Part shown: in pieces, positions 14,772-23,952 of the stretch
Numbering within the stretch: the stretch's first letter is position 1
Layout: every line of letters starts with the position of its first letter
Assembly (NCBI GenBank): GCA_021784815.1
Contig: JAJYHK010000019.1
Coordinates: 48,726 to 112,725 of the forward strand
DNA: 64,000 nucleotides
Source of the DNA: a bacterium
GTDB lineage: Bacteria > Patescibacteriota > Minisyncoccia > Phycocordibacterales > Phycocordibacteraceae
Direction of reading: 5' to 3'
Made by a program: the position numbers and the translations under genes
The notes under the pieces: model-generated
Seen by the model: the letters and a program-made list of their open reading frames with translations, nothing else
What the model was told of the DNA's origin: nothing
Database searches by the model: none

Positions 14772-14899
14772 TGGCGCCCCGGCGGCGCCAATGTGCTGAA
14801 TATATTCCCATATAAACCCTTACGCAAGAGCGCTATGCACGACGCCACAGAGCCAGGCGTAGGCGTGCGTTTATTCGCCGTTCGCGTACACTAACGCTC

Positions 14900-17764
14900 A
14901 TGAGCACTAAAACCTCGGCAGTTTTCGAGGAGGCGTACGCGAAGCTCAATGCGGAACAGAAGCGCGCGGTCGACACGGTCGAGGGGCCGATCATGGTACT
15001 CGCGGGACCGGGTACCGGCAAGACGCATGTGCTCACGCTGCGCATCGCTAATATCCTGCGGCAGACGCAAGCGCGGCCCGACGCGATCCTCGCGCTCACC
15101 TTCACCGACTCGGCCGCACGCACTATGCGGCGGCGGCTTGCGGGTATCGTTGGAGACGTGGCGGCGCGCGCGGTCACCATTACGACCTTCCACGGCTTTG
15201 CCGAGCTCGTGCGCGCGGAGTACCCGAGTGCATTCGCCGATCGAGGCGCACGCCGGCTCATGGGCGACGTGGAACAGGTTCTGCTTATGCGTACCGCGCT
15301 CGATCGCGCCGCGCTCGAAGCGCTTCGTCCTGTCAAGGCTCCCTACACGTACCTGCGCGACCTCCTGTCGCTCTATGACAACCTTGTGCGCGAAGAGTTC
15401 TCGCTTGAGCGGTACCGCGCATGGGGCACGGAGGCCGCGGCGCGGCTCTCCGAGGACGAGTCGCTTACCTACAAGCGGGGCGGGCGTGTCGGGGAGCTCA
15501 CGAAAGCAGGGCTCGAAAAGGTGAAGCATTTCGAGAAGGTCGAAGAGGCGTCGCGCGTGCTCGAGGCGTATCGCGCGCTCAAGGACGAACGGGGGCTCGA
15601 AGATTTTGCGGATCTGCTTTCCGGAGCGGTTCGCTCAGTAGCGGAGAACGAAGAGCTGCACGCCGACCTGCAGGAGCGCTTCCAGTACGTGCTCGCGGAC
15701 GAACACCAGGACGCGAACGCGCTTCAGCACAGGCTGCTTGAGCTTTTCGCGTACGACGACTACCCAAACCTTTTCGTAGTGGGCGACGAGAAGCAAGCCA
15801 TCTATCGCTTTCAAGGGGCGGATCTTGCGGGTTTTTCAAGCTTCACGGAGCTCTTCCCGCGCGCGACGATCATCACGCTCTCGTCCTCGTTCCGTTCGCT
15901 GCAGGGCATCTTGGACGTTGCGCACGAAGTCATTGCGCCGACGGGCGTGCATACACCGCTCGCGGCGGTCCGGGGCGCACAGGAAGAGGCGGTGACGATC
16001 GTTGTGGCGGAAGACCCGCTCGACGAACGTGCCAAGGTGGCCGCGCTCGTCGAGGCACGCCTCAAGGCGGGCATCGCGCCGCATGAGATAGCTATTATCG
16101 CGCGCACGAACGATACGGCGGACCTCGTCGCGAACGCGCTCACCGGCCGGGGCGTCCCGACGCTGCGCGCCGGCGACCTCTCGCTCGTCGGGACGCCGAC
16201 CATGCACGCGCTATTTGCGCTCCTGGCGTACGTGGGCGATCCGACGCGTCTAAGCAGCCTGCGCGCCGCGCTTCTTGCGCCCTGGTGGCCCGTGCCCGTG
16301 GCAGAGCGCGCGCGTTTCCTGCGCATGACGAGCGATCACGAGCTTAGCACGCGGCTCGCCGAGGCGTACCCCGCTATCGCTCGGCTGCTCGACGCGCTGC
16401 TCGATGCGAGCCTCGTCATGCTTCCTGCCGCGTGCTTCTCGTACCTGTTTGCCGAGAGCGGCGCGCGCGACTATCTGCTTGCGCACGGAGCGTTGCTGGA
16501 CGACCTTGTGCTCGTGCGCAAGCTCATGCAGCACCTCGAAGACGCATCGCTCCTCATGGAGGGCGCGCCGCTCTCGGTTGTGGTCGACGCACTCCTTTCG
16601 GCGCAGGAGGAAGGCCTTTCGCCGGTAAAGGTCTCAGTGACCGAACGCGAAGGATTCGTGACAGTCATCACCGCACACAAGTCGAAGGGCATGGAGTTCG
16701 CGGAGGTCATCATTCCGGACGCGACCGAACAGACGTGGGAGAAAGGGGGCCGATCGGCGCTCATTCCAAGTCCCTTCGAGCGCGCGCAGAGCCTCGACGA
16801 CGCGCGGCGGCTCCTGTATGTCGCGCTTACGCGCGCGAAAAATCACGCGTACCTCTCCTACGCGCGCGAGAACGCTTCCGGCCGCGAACGCGCGCTGACC
16901 GCGCTCGTACCGCACGAGCTTCCGCAGACAGCCGTCGAAAGCGACCGCTTGCCGCTCCTGCACGTTGTCGTAGACGCGCCCGAGAAGGTCCGCGAGCTTA
17001 CAGCGGCGTACCTTGAGACGGAAGGGCTCTCGCCGTCGGCGGTGAACGAATTCATCGCGTCGCCGCCTATCTTCTTCGCGCGCCGCGTGCTGCGCATCAA
17101 GGAGCCGCCCGAGCCGGCGCTCGTCTACGGCTCGGCGGTACACGCGGCGATTGCCGCGCTCCTCTCGGGAGAGCCGTTTGAGGCCGCGTGCGCAGCGCTC
17201 GAGCGCTCCTTTTCCCGCTCGCTCCTGCCGCGCGACGCAACATTCGACAAATTGCGCATCGAGGCGCGCTGTGCCTTCGATGCGGTACAAAGCGCGCTGC
17301 CGGCGCTTGGCGAACCGATCGGCATCGAGAAAGGTTTCTCGACGGAACGATTTGTGGACGGGGTGCCGGTAGCACTCGGCGGCAAGATAGATGCGATATT
17401 CAAAACGCCCGACGGGCTCGTCGTTGCCGATATAAAGACGGGCAGTGCGGTAAGCGCGAAAAACGAGGACTACGCGCGTCAGGTGGCTTTCTATGCGCTC
17501 ATACTTGCGGCCAATGACATGCCACCCGCGTCCGCACTTCTCCTTGGCATCTCCGAAGACGGGCTGAAACGCGTTGACGTGCCGATTGCCGAAGCGGATC
17601 GCGCGGCGGCCCTTACTACGCTCGATGTCACGGTGCGTGAACTAAGGAGCGGCGCATGGCACCGGGGTGAACCGTCCTCGTACGATGCGCTGCTCGCGCT
17701 TTTTGATGCTGGTGCTGGAGAGCGCCCTGCTCCGCGGGCTCTGTTAGAGGGCAGGGGGAATTAG
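14900..17764 (+). CDS. UvrD/PcrA-family helicase fused to a C-terminal PD-(D/E)XK nuclease
   Basis: AGPGTGKT, DEHQDAN, VGDEKQAIYRFQGA, TAHKSKGMEF, LLYVALTRAK; C-terminal LSPSAVN...GKIDAIF...ADIKTG...QVAFY. Confidence 0.93.
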   Translation: MSTKTSAVFEEAYAKLNAEQKRAVDTVEGPIMVLAGPGTGKTHVLTLRIANILRQTQARPDAILALTFTDSAARTMRRRLAGIVGDVAARAVTITTFHGFAELVRAEYPSAFADRGARRLMGDVEQVLLMRTALDRAALEALRPVKAPYTYLRDLLSLYDNLVREEFSLERYRAWGTEAAARLSEDESLTYKRGGRVGELTKAGLEKVKHFEKVEEASRVLEAYRALKDERGLEDFADLLSGAVRSVAENEELHADLQERFQYVLADEHQDANALQHRLLELFAYDDYPNLFVVGDEKQAIYRFQGADLAGFSSFTELFPRATIITLSSSFRSLQGILDVAHEVIAPTGVHTPLAAVRGAQEEAVTIVVAEDPLDERAKVAALVEARLKAGIAPHEIAIIARTNDTADLVANALTGRGVPTLRAGDLSLVGTPTMHALFALLAYVGDPTRLSSLRAALLAPWWPVPVAERARFLRMTSDHELSTRLAEAYPAIARLLDALLDASLVMLPAACFSYLFAESGARDYLLAHGALLDDLVLVRKLMQHLEDASLLMEGAPLSVVVDALLSAQEEGLSPVKVSVTEREGFVTVITAHKSKGMEFAEVIIPDATEQTWEKGGRSALIPSPFERAQSLDDARRLLYVALTRAKNHAYLSYARENASGRERALTALVPHELPQTAVESDRLPLLHVVVDAPEKVRELTAAYLETEGLSPSAVNEFIASPPIFFARRVLRIKEPPEPALVYGSAVHAAIAALLSGEPFEAACAALERSFSRSLLPRDATFDKLRIEARCAFDAVQSALPALGEPIGIEKGFSTERFVDGVPVALGGKIDAIFKTPDGLVVADIKTGSAVSAKNEDYARQVAFYALILAANDMPPASALLLGISEDGLKRVDVPIAEADRAAALTTLDVTVRELRSGAWHRGEPSSYDALLALFDAGAGERPAPRALLEGRGN

Positions 17765-18447
17765 TTGCTCTGGCCGAGCGCCTGATCGACGAGCTGCTTA
17801 ACCGCTGCGTACGAGTATGCGCCGTCCATGACGACTGGCGCCTTCCCGGGCGCGAGGAGGAGGCTGTACGGCGTGCCGCGCGCGCCGATCGCGAGGGCAT
17901 TCTGGCGCTGCGCCATGATGCGCGCGCCGACCGTACTTGAGGCGTTTGCGAGGCAATCGCCAAAGGCGATGCTGTCGGTCACGCCGGCCTGTTCGGCAAG
18001 CGCGCCGAAATGGCTCGGGTCAACCGGTTGATCCTGGAACAACTTGTTTTCGAAATTCCAGAAGGCCGACTCGCCGCTCGTCTTCGCGACGCATTCGGCG
18101 GCTTGCGCCTGTTGGAGCGCATTTGGATGGATTTCGGTGAGCGGAAATTCCCGCAGTATCCAGGCAACGTTGCCCGAGGCACCCTCGGTTGCGATGATCT
18201 CGTGCATGGTGGCGTTGAATGCCTTGCAGTACGCACAGCTGAAGTCGGAGTACTCGACAATTTGCACCGGCGCGGCGGGGTTGCCGAGAATGTGATCGGT
18301 CGGGCCGACGGGCGTCACGAGTGCAGGGTTACCCTGCCCAGAGCTGGTCGAGGGTTCCTGCTTGGGGCTCGCGCTGAAGTAGACGGCTGCGGCGACGATT
18401 ACGCCGCCCGCAAAGATCGCGAGCGGGATGACGAGGCTCTTGTGCAT
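17761..18447 (-). CDS. DsbA/BdbD-family thioredoxin-fold protein
   Basis: N-terminal TM, DHILGNPAAPVQIVEYSDFSCAYCK, FPLTEIHPNA, GTPY. ATG 18447 follows a TATAAT. Confidence 0.92.
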   Translation of the reverse strand: MHKSLVIPLAIFAGGVIVAAAVYFSASPKQEPSTSSGQGNPALVTPVGPTDHILGNPAAPVQIVEYSDFSCAYCKAFNATMHEIIATEGASGNVAWILREFPLTEIHPNALQQAQAAECVAKTSGESAFWNFENKLFQDQPVDPSHFGALAEQAGVTDSIAFGDCLANASSTVGARIMAQRQNALAIGARGTPYSLLLAPGKAPVVMDGAYSYAAVKQLVDQALGQSN

Positions 18448-18454
18448 GAGCCCA

Positions 18455-19036
18455 TTATAGCCCAAGGGCGTGGGTAAGGGTGGGTGCGGATTCCGCAGGT
18501 GTAAGCCACGCGCTCGTGTCGAGCTTGATTTCGCGGGCGGTACGCAGGTCCTTGTACTTGAGGTTCCCGTGCTCGAGCGCGTAGTCAAAAAGTGCGCGCG
18601 TGAGCCGCACGTCTTCCATGCAGTATTTGCGGACGAGGTCATACTTGCCTTCGCGCCACCAATCCATCGCCTTGAGGCCGTCGCCGCTCTTGCCCGCGTC
18701 AAGCGTTGCTTCGGCGATTGATTGGAGACGGATGCGCCGGCCAAGCACCTTTTGCACCTCGACGAGAAGGTCAATGGAGCGAATGCGGGTGAGATCGCCC
18801 GGGTAGTAGCGATTTAAGAGCGGGATATCAAACGAGTCGGAGTTGAATCCGACGAGCGCATCGGCGCGCTCGATGGTCGGCCAGAGCCGCGGGAGTTCCT
18901 CGCGGGAGTACGACGAGAGCACGCCGGTGTCGGAGTCGTGAATGGCGACGATGGTGAGCTCCTGCTCCTCGACATCAACCCGCCCGCGTACGGCGGAGTC
19001 CGAAATGGATTCAATGTCGAAGGTGATGATGCGCAT
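18455..19036 (-). CDS. RNase H-like (YprB-type) 3'-5' exonuclease domain protein
   Basis: ITFDIES, LVGFNSDSFDIPLL, YCMEDVRLT (DEDD-type). Confidence 0.85.
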   Translation of the reverse strand: MRIITFDIESISDSAVRGRVDVEEQELTIVAIHDSDTGVLSSYSREELPRLWPTIERADALVGFNSDSFDIPLLNRYYPGDLTRIRSIDLLVEVQKVLGRRIRLQSIAEATLDAGKSGDGLKAMDWWREGKYDLVRKYCMEDVRLTRALFDYALEHGNLKYKDLRTAREIKLDTSAWLTPAESAPTLTHALGL

Positions 19037-19057
19037 TGGAAAAACGGTTAGGGGTAC

Positions 19058-20326
19058 CTACGAACGAGAGGCGAGGTGGGCGGGGAAGTCGGTTATTGGG
19101 AACGCCTCCTCTTGGCCGGTTGCAAGTTGCTTCACGCGTACCGTCCCGCTCGCAAGCTCGTCTCTGCCGTACGCGAGGAAGAGGGGAATGCGGCGGCGGG
19201 CCGCGTCTTTAATCTGGTCGCCAAGGCTCTTCTCCGTGAGGTTTACGAAAATGCGGCCGCCCTGCGCGCGCAACTGGTCCGCAAAGGCCTGCGCGCTCGG
19301 GATGTCGCCCGAGCCAGGGGTGCCGATGTAGAGCTGCGGGCGCGTGGAATCGGTGTTGAGCGGCAAGTTGCGCGCGGCAATGAAATCGCCCATGGTAACG
19401 TCGCCGATGGCGAAGCCGACGGCGGGGATAGGGTCGCCGCCAAAGAGCGCGACGAGCCGGTCGTAGCGGCCGCCGCCAAACATGGTGCGGGGGTTTTCAG
19501 GGTTGGTGTCGTATACCTCAAAGACCATGCCGGTGTAGTAGTCAAAGCCGCGGATGATGGTCGGGTCGAATTCGACGTTCGTGATGCCGCGCACCGCGAG
19601 GCGCGTGATACCGTCGAGGAGCTTCGCCTTTTCAGCTGCAACGGAAGGCGCGCTGCCGGCGTCTTTGATAATTTCAAGAGGGTCTTTTGCGGTGAGCTCA
19701 CGCACGGCGTCAGCGAAGGCTCCTGAATCCATCTTGTCCTTTTTGTCGAGGAGCCGCATGTACGCGCGGACAGCATCGCCTTCAAGCTCGGCAGCTGCGC
19801 AGGCTGCCGAGAGGAGCGGGCGCGAGCTCATACGGATGCGGTACTCCTGCGCGCTCGCGCCGAAGGCATCGAAGACTGCCTTCACGAGCGTGATGATCTC
19901 AAGATCCGCCTCGCCCTCGGGGAGGCCGAGAAGATCGACGTCGCACTGGTAGAACTCGCGGAGGCGGCCCTTCTGGGGGCGCTCGTAGCGGAACCGGTTG
20001 CCGATTGAGAACCAGCGCAGCGGAAAGGCGAGCTCGCGCCGCTTCGCGGCAACCATGCGCGCGAGGGTCGGCGTCATTTCCGGGCGCAAGGTGACCCGGC
20101 GGCCGCCGCGATCGGTAAAGGTATAGGTCTGTTCGCTCACAATTTCCTCCGAGGTCTTTGCCTCGTAGAGCTCCGCACGCTCGAGCGGGGACGCGTTGTA
20201 CTCCTCGTACCCGTACCGCGCGAGCGCGCTGCGGATCGTGGCGAACATTGCCTGGAAACGCGCCCAACCCTCAGGATAAAAATCGCGAACGCCTTTATAT
20301 GGCTCCGTTGAAAGCTTTTCGGCCAT
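19058..20326 (-). CDS. hisS: Histidine--tRNA ligase
   Basis: KGVRDF, LRPEMT, FRYERPQKGRLREFYQ, RGFDYYTG, GGGRYD. Confidence 0.98.
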   Translation of the reverse strand: MAEKLSTEPYKGVRDFYPEGWARFQAMFATIRSALARYGYEEYNASPLERAELYEAKTSEEIVSEQTYTFTDRGGRRVTLRPEMTPTLARMVAAKRRELAFPLRWFSIGNRFRYERPQKGRLREFYQCDVDLLGLPEGEADLEIITLVKAVFDAFGASAQEYRIRMSSRPLLSAACAAAELEGDAVRAYMRLLDKKDKMDSGAFADAVRELTAKDPLEIIKDAGSAPSVAAEKAKLLDGITRLAVRGITNVEFDPTIIRGFDYYTGMVFEVYDTNPENPRTMFGGGRYDRLVALFGGDPIPAVGFAIGDVTMGDFIAARNLPLNTDSTRPQLYIGTPGSGDIPSAQAFADQLRAQGGRIFVNLTEKSLGDQIKDAARRRIPLFLAYGRDELASGTVRVKQLATGQEEAFPITDFPAHLASRS

Positions 20327-20364
20327 GGGTCGAGTGTACCACAGCCGGTGAAGTCGGAGCGGCG

Positions 20365-20922
20365 TTAGATTCCTTGCTTGTCATCGGCCGCAAGCTCTTC
20401 TTTTGCGGCGGTTTGCGCGGTCATGAGGATGAGGTCGCGCATGCGCTCGGGATGGGGTACGCCGTGCATATAGAACTCCTCAAGCGCTCCTGCACTCTGG
20501 ACCCGAATGTCGCCCATGCCGAGGAGCGATTCGAGGAAGCCGCGGACATCGGTCGTCGTGTCCTGCACGCGGCTGAGGAGGAGGCTCGACACTTCGCGAT
20601 TGAAGTACTCGTGCTGCTTGATCTCAATGATGCGGCGGTTCGTGAGGATCCAGGCGTTGAGGTAGTAGAGCGTGAAGTGGCTCCAGGCGCTCGTCCAGAG
20701 CGCGATGAGCCAGAGGCCAAGCACCACGCGCATGTAGGGTGCGCCCGGCACCAGGTGTGGCGCGAACACTGCCGTGGGCGCCCAGAGCTGCAAAAGGCTC
20801 GGTAGCACGAAGGGGAAGAGGGCGAGAAGGACGTACGGCAGAAGTTCCGCACAGAAAAAGAACCAATGTTTGCGCGTTTCGAGGATGACCGTTTCCCCTT
20901 CTTCGAGGTCGAATTCTTTCAT
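20365..20922 (-). CDS. Membrane protein with bacterial PH domain
   Basis: LEEGETVILETRKHW, two TM segments, WILTNRRII...RVQDTT...GDIRVQSAG. Confidence 0.8.
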   Translation of the reverse strand: MKEFDLEEGETVILETRKHWFFFCAELLPYVLLALFPFVLPSLLQLWAPTAVFAPHLVPGAPYMRVVLGLWLIALWTSAWSHFTLYYLNAWILTNRRIIEIKQHEYFNREVSSLLLSRVQDTTTDVRGFLESLLGMGDIRVQSAGALEEFYMHGVPHPERMRDLILMTAQTAAKEELAADDKQGI

Positions 20923-21176
20923 AAACCGAAGGCGGTTGAGAACGCATAGAGCGCAAGGAGGAGCGAAACGACGAGGTGTAGAGCGACCGCTGGCATCGCG
21001 GTGCGGGAACCGTGCGAGTAGTGGAACCAGTGATAGGAAATGATAAGCGTATAGAGCGTCCAAACGACAACCCCGGCACCAAGAGTCCAGAGCGCGAGTA
21101 TGTGCACCGGCATGCCGGCGAGCGGGCGCAAGATGCGCAAAATGCCAGAACCGGACGCGAGCGGCTGGGATTGCAT
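20919..21176 (-). CDS. Small membrane protein
   Basis: 85 aa, two TM segments flanking YHWFHYS; overlaps both neighbours (translational coupling). Confidence 0.65.
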   Translation of the reverse strand: MQSQPLASGSGILRILRPLAGMPVHILALWTLGAGVVVWTLYTLIISYHWFHYSHGSRTAMPAVALHLVVSLLLALYAFSTAFGL

Positions 21177-22075
21177 TAGGAAAACGATACCACGAGTACG
21201 CGGGGTACTCCGTATTGATCGTTGATCATCGTGCCAGAAAGTCCCGTCTCGCGAGCGAGCGAGCGAGCGGCTTCGGCTTGGGTATGATCGATCTCGATCC
21301 ACGCTTCGCCGCCGGGCGCTAAGCGGTCTGGCAGTTGCGCTACGATTGGGCGAACAAGATCGAGGCCGTCGGTACCGGCATAGAGCGCGCGCGCTGGTTC
21401 GTATCGCGCAACGCTTTCAGGCAGAATGCGGCCTTTTGGGATGTAGGGCGGGTTCGCGGCGATACGGTCAAAACGCACATCGCCAAAAGGTGCGAAGAGA
21501 TCGCCGATGCGTATATCGGCGCAGGCTGCATCAAGACCGTTTCCTCGGATGTTTCCGCGGATGGTTAGTTCGTGAACGGGATCAAGTTCGCCGAAAAAGA
21601 CCTGCGCATGAGGGATCTGCGCGAGGGCCGCGCAGCCAATGGCGCCGGATCCGGCGCACAAATCAAGAAAAGAAAAGACTGGTTTCGCGTCGGGTGTTTT
21701 CTCGAAAGGGGCGGCGTATTTTTTTGCTAAAAAGTCGCCTCCTCTCGGCTCGTCAGTCTGCGAGATCCCTTTCGCGGGAACACCCTTTCGCGAAACGGGG
21801 GAGGAATGATGGAGAGTCGGGAGGAATGCTTCTGGCGCGCGCTCGCCTCCCTTTTGCGCTTTTCGCAGCAGTTGCTCGGTCCACCACTCGGTTTCGGGGC
21901 GGGGGATTAAAGGGCGCGAGTCGAGGGCGATGCGTAGCCCGAGGAAGGGCTGCCAGCCGATCACATACGCAAGCGGCTCGCCGCAGGCGAGCCGCTTGCG
22001 ATCCTCGGTGAATCCTGGCGCGTCCGTATCGCCGTGATATTTCTCCTCGAGCACCCAGCGCTCCTCTTTGGTCAT
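21176..22075 (-). CDS. prmC: Release factor glutamine methyltransferase (HemK/PrmC) with an internal insertion
   Basis: GEPLAYVIG, LIPRPETE, LDLCAGSG, ANPPYI, EPARALYAGTDG. Confidence 0.92.
   Translation of the reverse strand: MTKEERWVLEEKYHGDTDAPGFTEDRKRLACGEPLAYVIGWQPFLGLRIALDSRPLIPRPETEWWTEQLLRKAQKGGERAPEAFLPTLHHSSPVSRKGVPAKGISQTDEPRGGDFLAKKYAAPFEKTPDAKPVFSFLDLCAGSGAIGCAALAQIPHAQVFFGELDPVHELTIRGNIRGNGLDAACADIRIGDLFAPFGDVRFDRIAANPPYIPKGRILPESVARYEPARALYAGTDGLDLVRPIVAQLPDRLAPGGEAWIEIDHTQAEAARSLARETGLSGTMINDQYGVPRVLVVSFS
21682..21796. repeat. Imperfect palindromic element in frame within prmC
   Basis: gtttcgcg..gggtgtt..cgaaaggg pairs with ccctttcg..aacaccc..cgcgaaac; inner hairpin ggcgtattttt / aaaaagtcgcc. 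Confidence 0.6.
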
Positions 22076-22162
22076 ATAATATAAGTAGTCCATCACACTG
22101 CGCCTATTGCAGCAACAAAGAAGCGGGCCGCCCGCCGCGCGATACGCGGGGGCGGCCATTGA

Positions 22163-22561
22163 TTAGAAATTCTCTGCGTACAGTGCAGCAATGAGTTCCT
22201 GTCGGAGCGCGTCGTCTAGGCACAGGATCTCGATGACGCTAGTTATGTACGCTCTTGCGTCGTCGGTTGCTCTCCCGCGCAGCTTGGCATTGGACTCCAA
22301 TACTGATTGGAAGAACCGGTCGTTCGGCCGCAAGCGTCCATGGAGCACTTGTCTCTCCAGGCTGGAACGTTGCGCCAGGAGCGCTTTGGAAGTCTTGATC
22401 GACTCTCGAATCATTTCTCGTACTGCGTCGCAGGCATGATTGACCTGCCTGACCGCTGCCTCTCGAAGTTCGCGGGTGCCCTTGAGAATGGGGTGGGAAT
22501 CGGCAAGGTTTCCTTCGACCGCATCAATGACGCGGGTGTGCAGGCTGCTATCTAGCGCCAT
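22163..22561 (-). CDS. Hypothetical helical protein
   Basis: 132-aa ORF with AGGAG 8 nt upstream of the ATG; no recognisable motif. Confidence 0.6.
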   Translation of the reverse strand: MALDSSLHTRVIDAVEGNLADSHPILKGTRELREAAVRQVNHACDAVREMIRESIKTSKALLAQRSSLERQVLHGRLRPNDRFFQSVLESNAKLRGRATDDARAYITSVIEILCLDDALRQELIAALYAENF

Positions 22562-22639
22562 TTCAATATCTCCTACAGACCTATAAAAATATACAAAATG
22601 CTCTACTATTGTCGAGCCCGCCCGGGAGGCCGCTACGCT

Positions 22640-22688
22640 TCGAAAAACAGCCCGCCCCGCGCAATGCGCGGGGCGGGCTGTTTTTCGA
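22640..22688. terminator. 24-bp perfect inverted repeat, terminator after the RRM gene
   Basis: tcgaaaaacagcccgccccgcgca-a-tgcgcggggcgggctgtttttcga, giving a T-tract on either strand. Confidence 0.85.
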
Positions 22689-22707
22689 GCTTACGCTCAG
22701 CGGACGC

Positions 22708-23079
22708 TTAGTACGTGCCGCGGCTGTAGCTGTCGCGGTCGTTGTTGCCGTAGCCGCCGCGATTGCCGCGGTCAAAGCCGCCTTCGCGACGCGGCGGGCG
22801 CTCGCCCTGCGGGCGGGCGAAGGAGACCGAGAGCGTGCGCCCATCGAAGTCCTTGCCGTCCCAGCGGTCGATCGCCGCCTGCGCTTCCGCCTCGGACGCC
22901 ATTTCGACGAAACCGAAGCCGCGCGAACGGCCGGTCATACGGTCGCTGATAATGCTCACGGAAACGACCGAACCGGCCTCTTCAAAGGCCTTCTTGAGAT
23001 CATCTTCCGTCGAGCGGTAGGGGATGCCGCCGACATAGAGCTTGTTGCCCTGTACCGACGACGACTGCTGCTGATCCAT
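22708..23079 (-). CDS. RRM-domain RNA-binding protein
   Basis: RNP2 KLYVGGI, RNP1 RGFGFVEM, RG-rich tail. Confidence 0.96.
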   Translation of the reverse strand: MDQQQSSSVQGNKLYVGGIPYRSTEDDLKKAFEEAGSVVSVSIISDRMTGRSRGFGFVEMASEAEAQAAIDRWDGKDFDGRTLSVSFARPQGERPPRREGGFDRGNRGGYGNNDRDSYSRGTY

Positions 23080-23470
23080 GTACTGGATGAAGTGAACGAT
23101 TAACCTCGCTGAAACTGAAATCTATGCGCTTTTTACGGCGAAGCTCGAATACTCTGCGAGTACCCACAGTATGCCAGAACTCGTCCCCGAACGCAAGGCC
23201 GCCTGGGGATAAATCAAACCGGCCGGAATCTCGAATACCATGCGAATCCGGGTTGTCTACGTTGACAGCGAGGCAGCCTCGGGAGACTATTTCGAGTAAC
23301 CACGGCGGGGCCATGGTTTATTAAAGTAACGTCCAGAGCTACACCTAAGTATGAAAAGTTCGCTCTCTTGGATGCTGACGGCACGAACCATTCGCGTCGC
23401 AATCATCGGCGGTGCGGTTTCGTGGTATCGCGGCAAAGTGAGCGAGCTTGAATAGCTCTCCGAGCGCATA

Positions 23471-23515
23471 GACGCAAAACACGGCGCGCCCAGAGGGCGC
23501 GCCGTGTTTTGCGTC
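23471..23515. terminator. 21-bp perfect inverted repeat, bidirectional terminator
   Basis: gacgcaaaacacggcgcgccc-aga-gggcgcgccgtgttttgcgtc. Confidence 0.85.
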
Positions 23516-23520
23516 ACCAA

Positions 23521-23613
23521 CTAACGCAACCCGGACACGAGGGCGGGGAAGAACATGCCGATCATACCGACCGCAAGCAGCAACACGATGAGGATAGCAA
23601 AAGCGCGTTTCAT
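23521..23613 (-). CDS. Putative 30-aa single-TM peptide
   Basis: MKRAFAILIVLLLAVGMIGMFFPALVSGLR*. An extended -10 TGcTATCCT sits 6 nt upstream of the ATG and a terminator sits 5 nt after the stop. Confidence 0.6.
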   Translation of the reverse strand: MKRAFAILIVLLLAVGMIGMFFPALVSGLR

Positions 23614-23768
23614 GGCCCTAGGATAGCAGATTAATTTTCTTGCGTCACAGCGCTGACGGTCGTCGCGGCATCGCGTCAAATCGCTTGTCTGTGCGGGGGA
23701 ACCCGGAGCTCACAAGAATCTCATCGCCTGTCTTTCATTATTCGTGCGTATCTTCATGCGTATTCATG

Positions 23769-23909
23769 GCCCAGTGGTGAAGCTCGGGAAATGCAGCCTT
23801 GAGTGAGTGGAACGCCGGGGGCTGTATTTCGCGGACTTCACGCCCGGAAGTTTCGCGGGGTTGGTCGGTGCCCGGCGTACGCGACACGCAGCGCGCCATA
23901 GGGTTGGGC
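23769..23909 (+). promoter_or_regulatory. Candidate structured 5' leader RNA
   Basis: Nested stems gcccag/ttgggc, gtgaag/cttcac and gaaatgcagcctt/ggggctgtatttc; G-U pairs favour the + strand. Confidence 0.4.
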
Positions 23910-23952
23910 GATTCTCGTTACTTAACTTAATTACCTCTTATTTCTAACGCGT

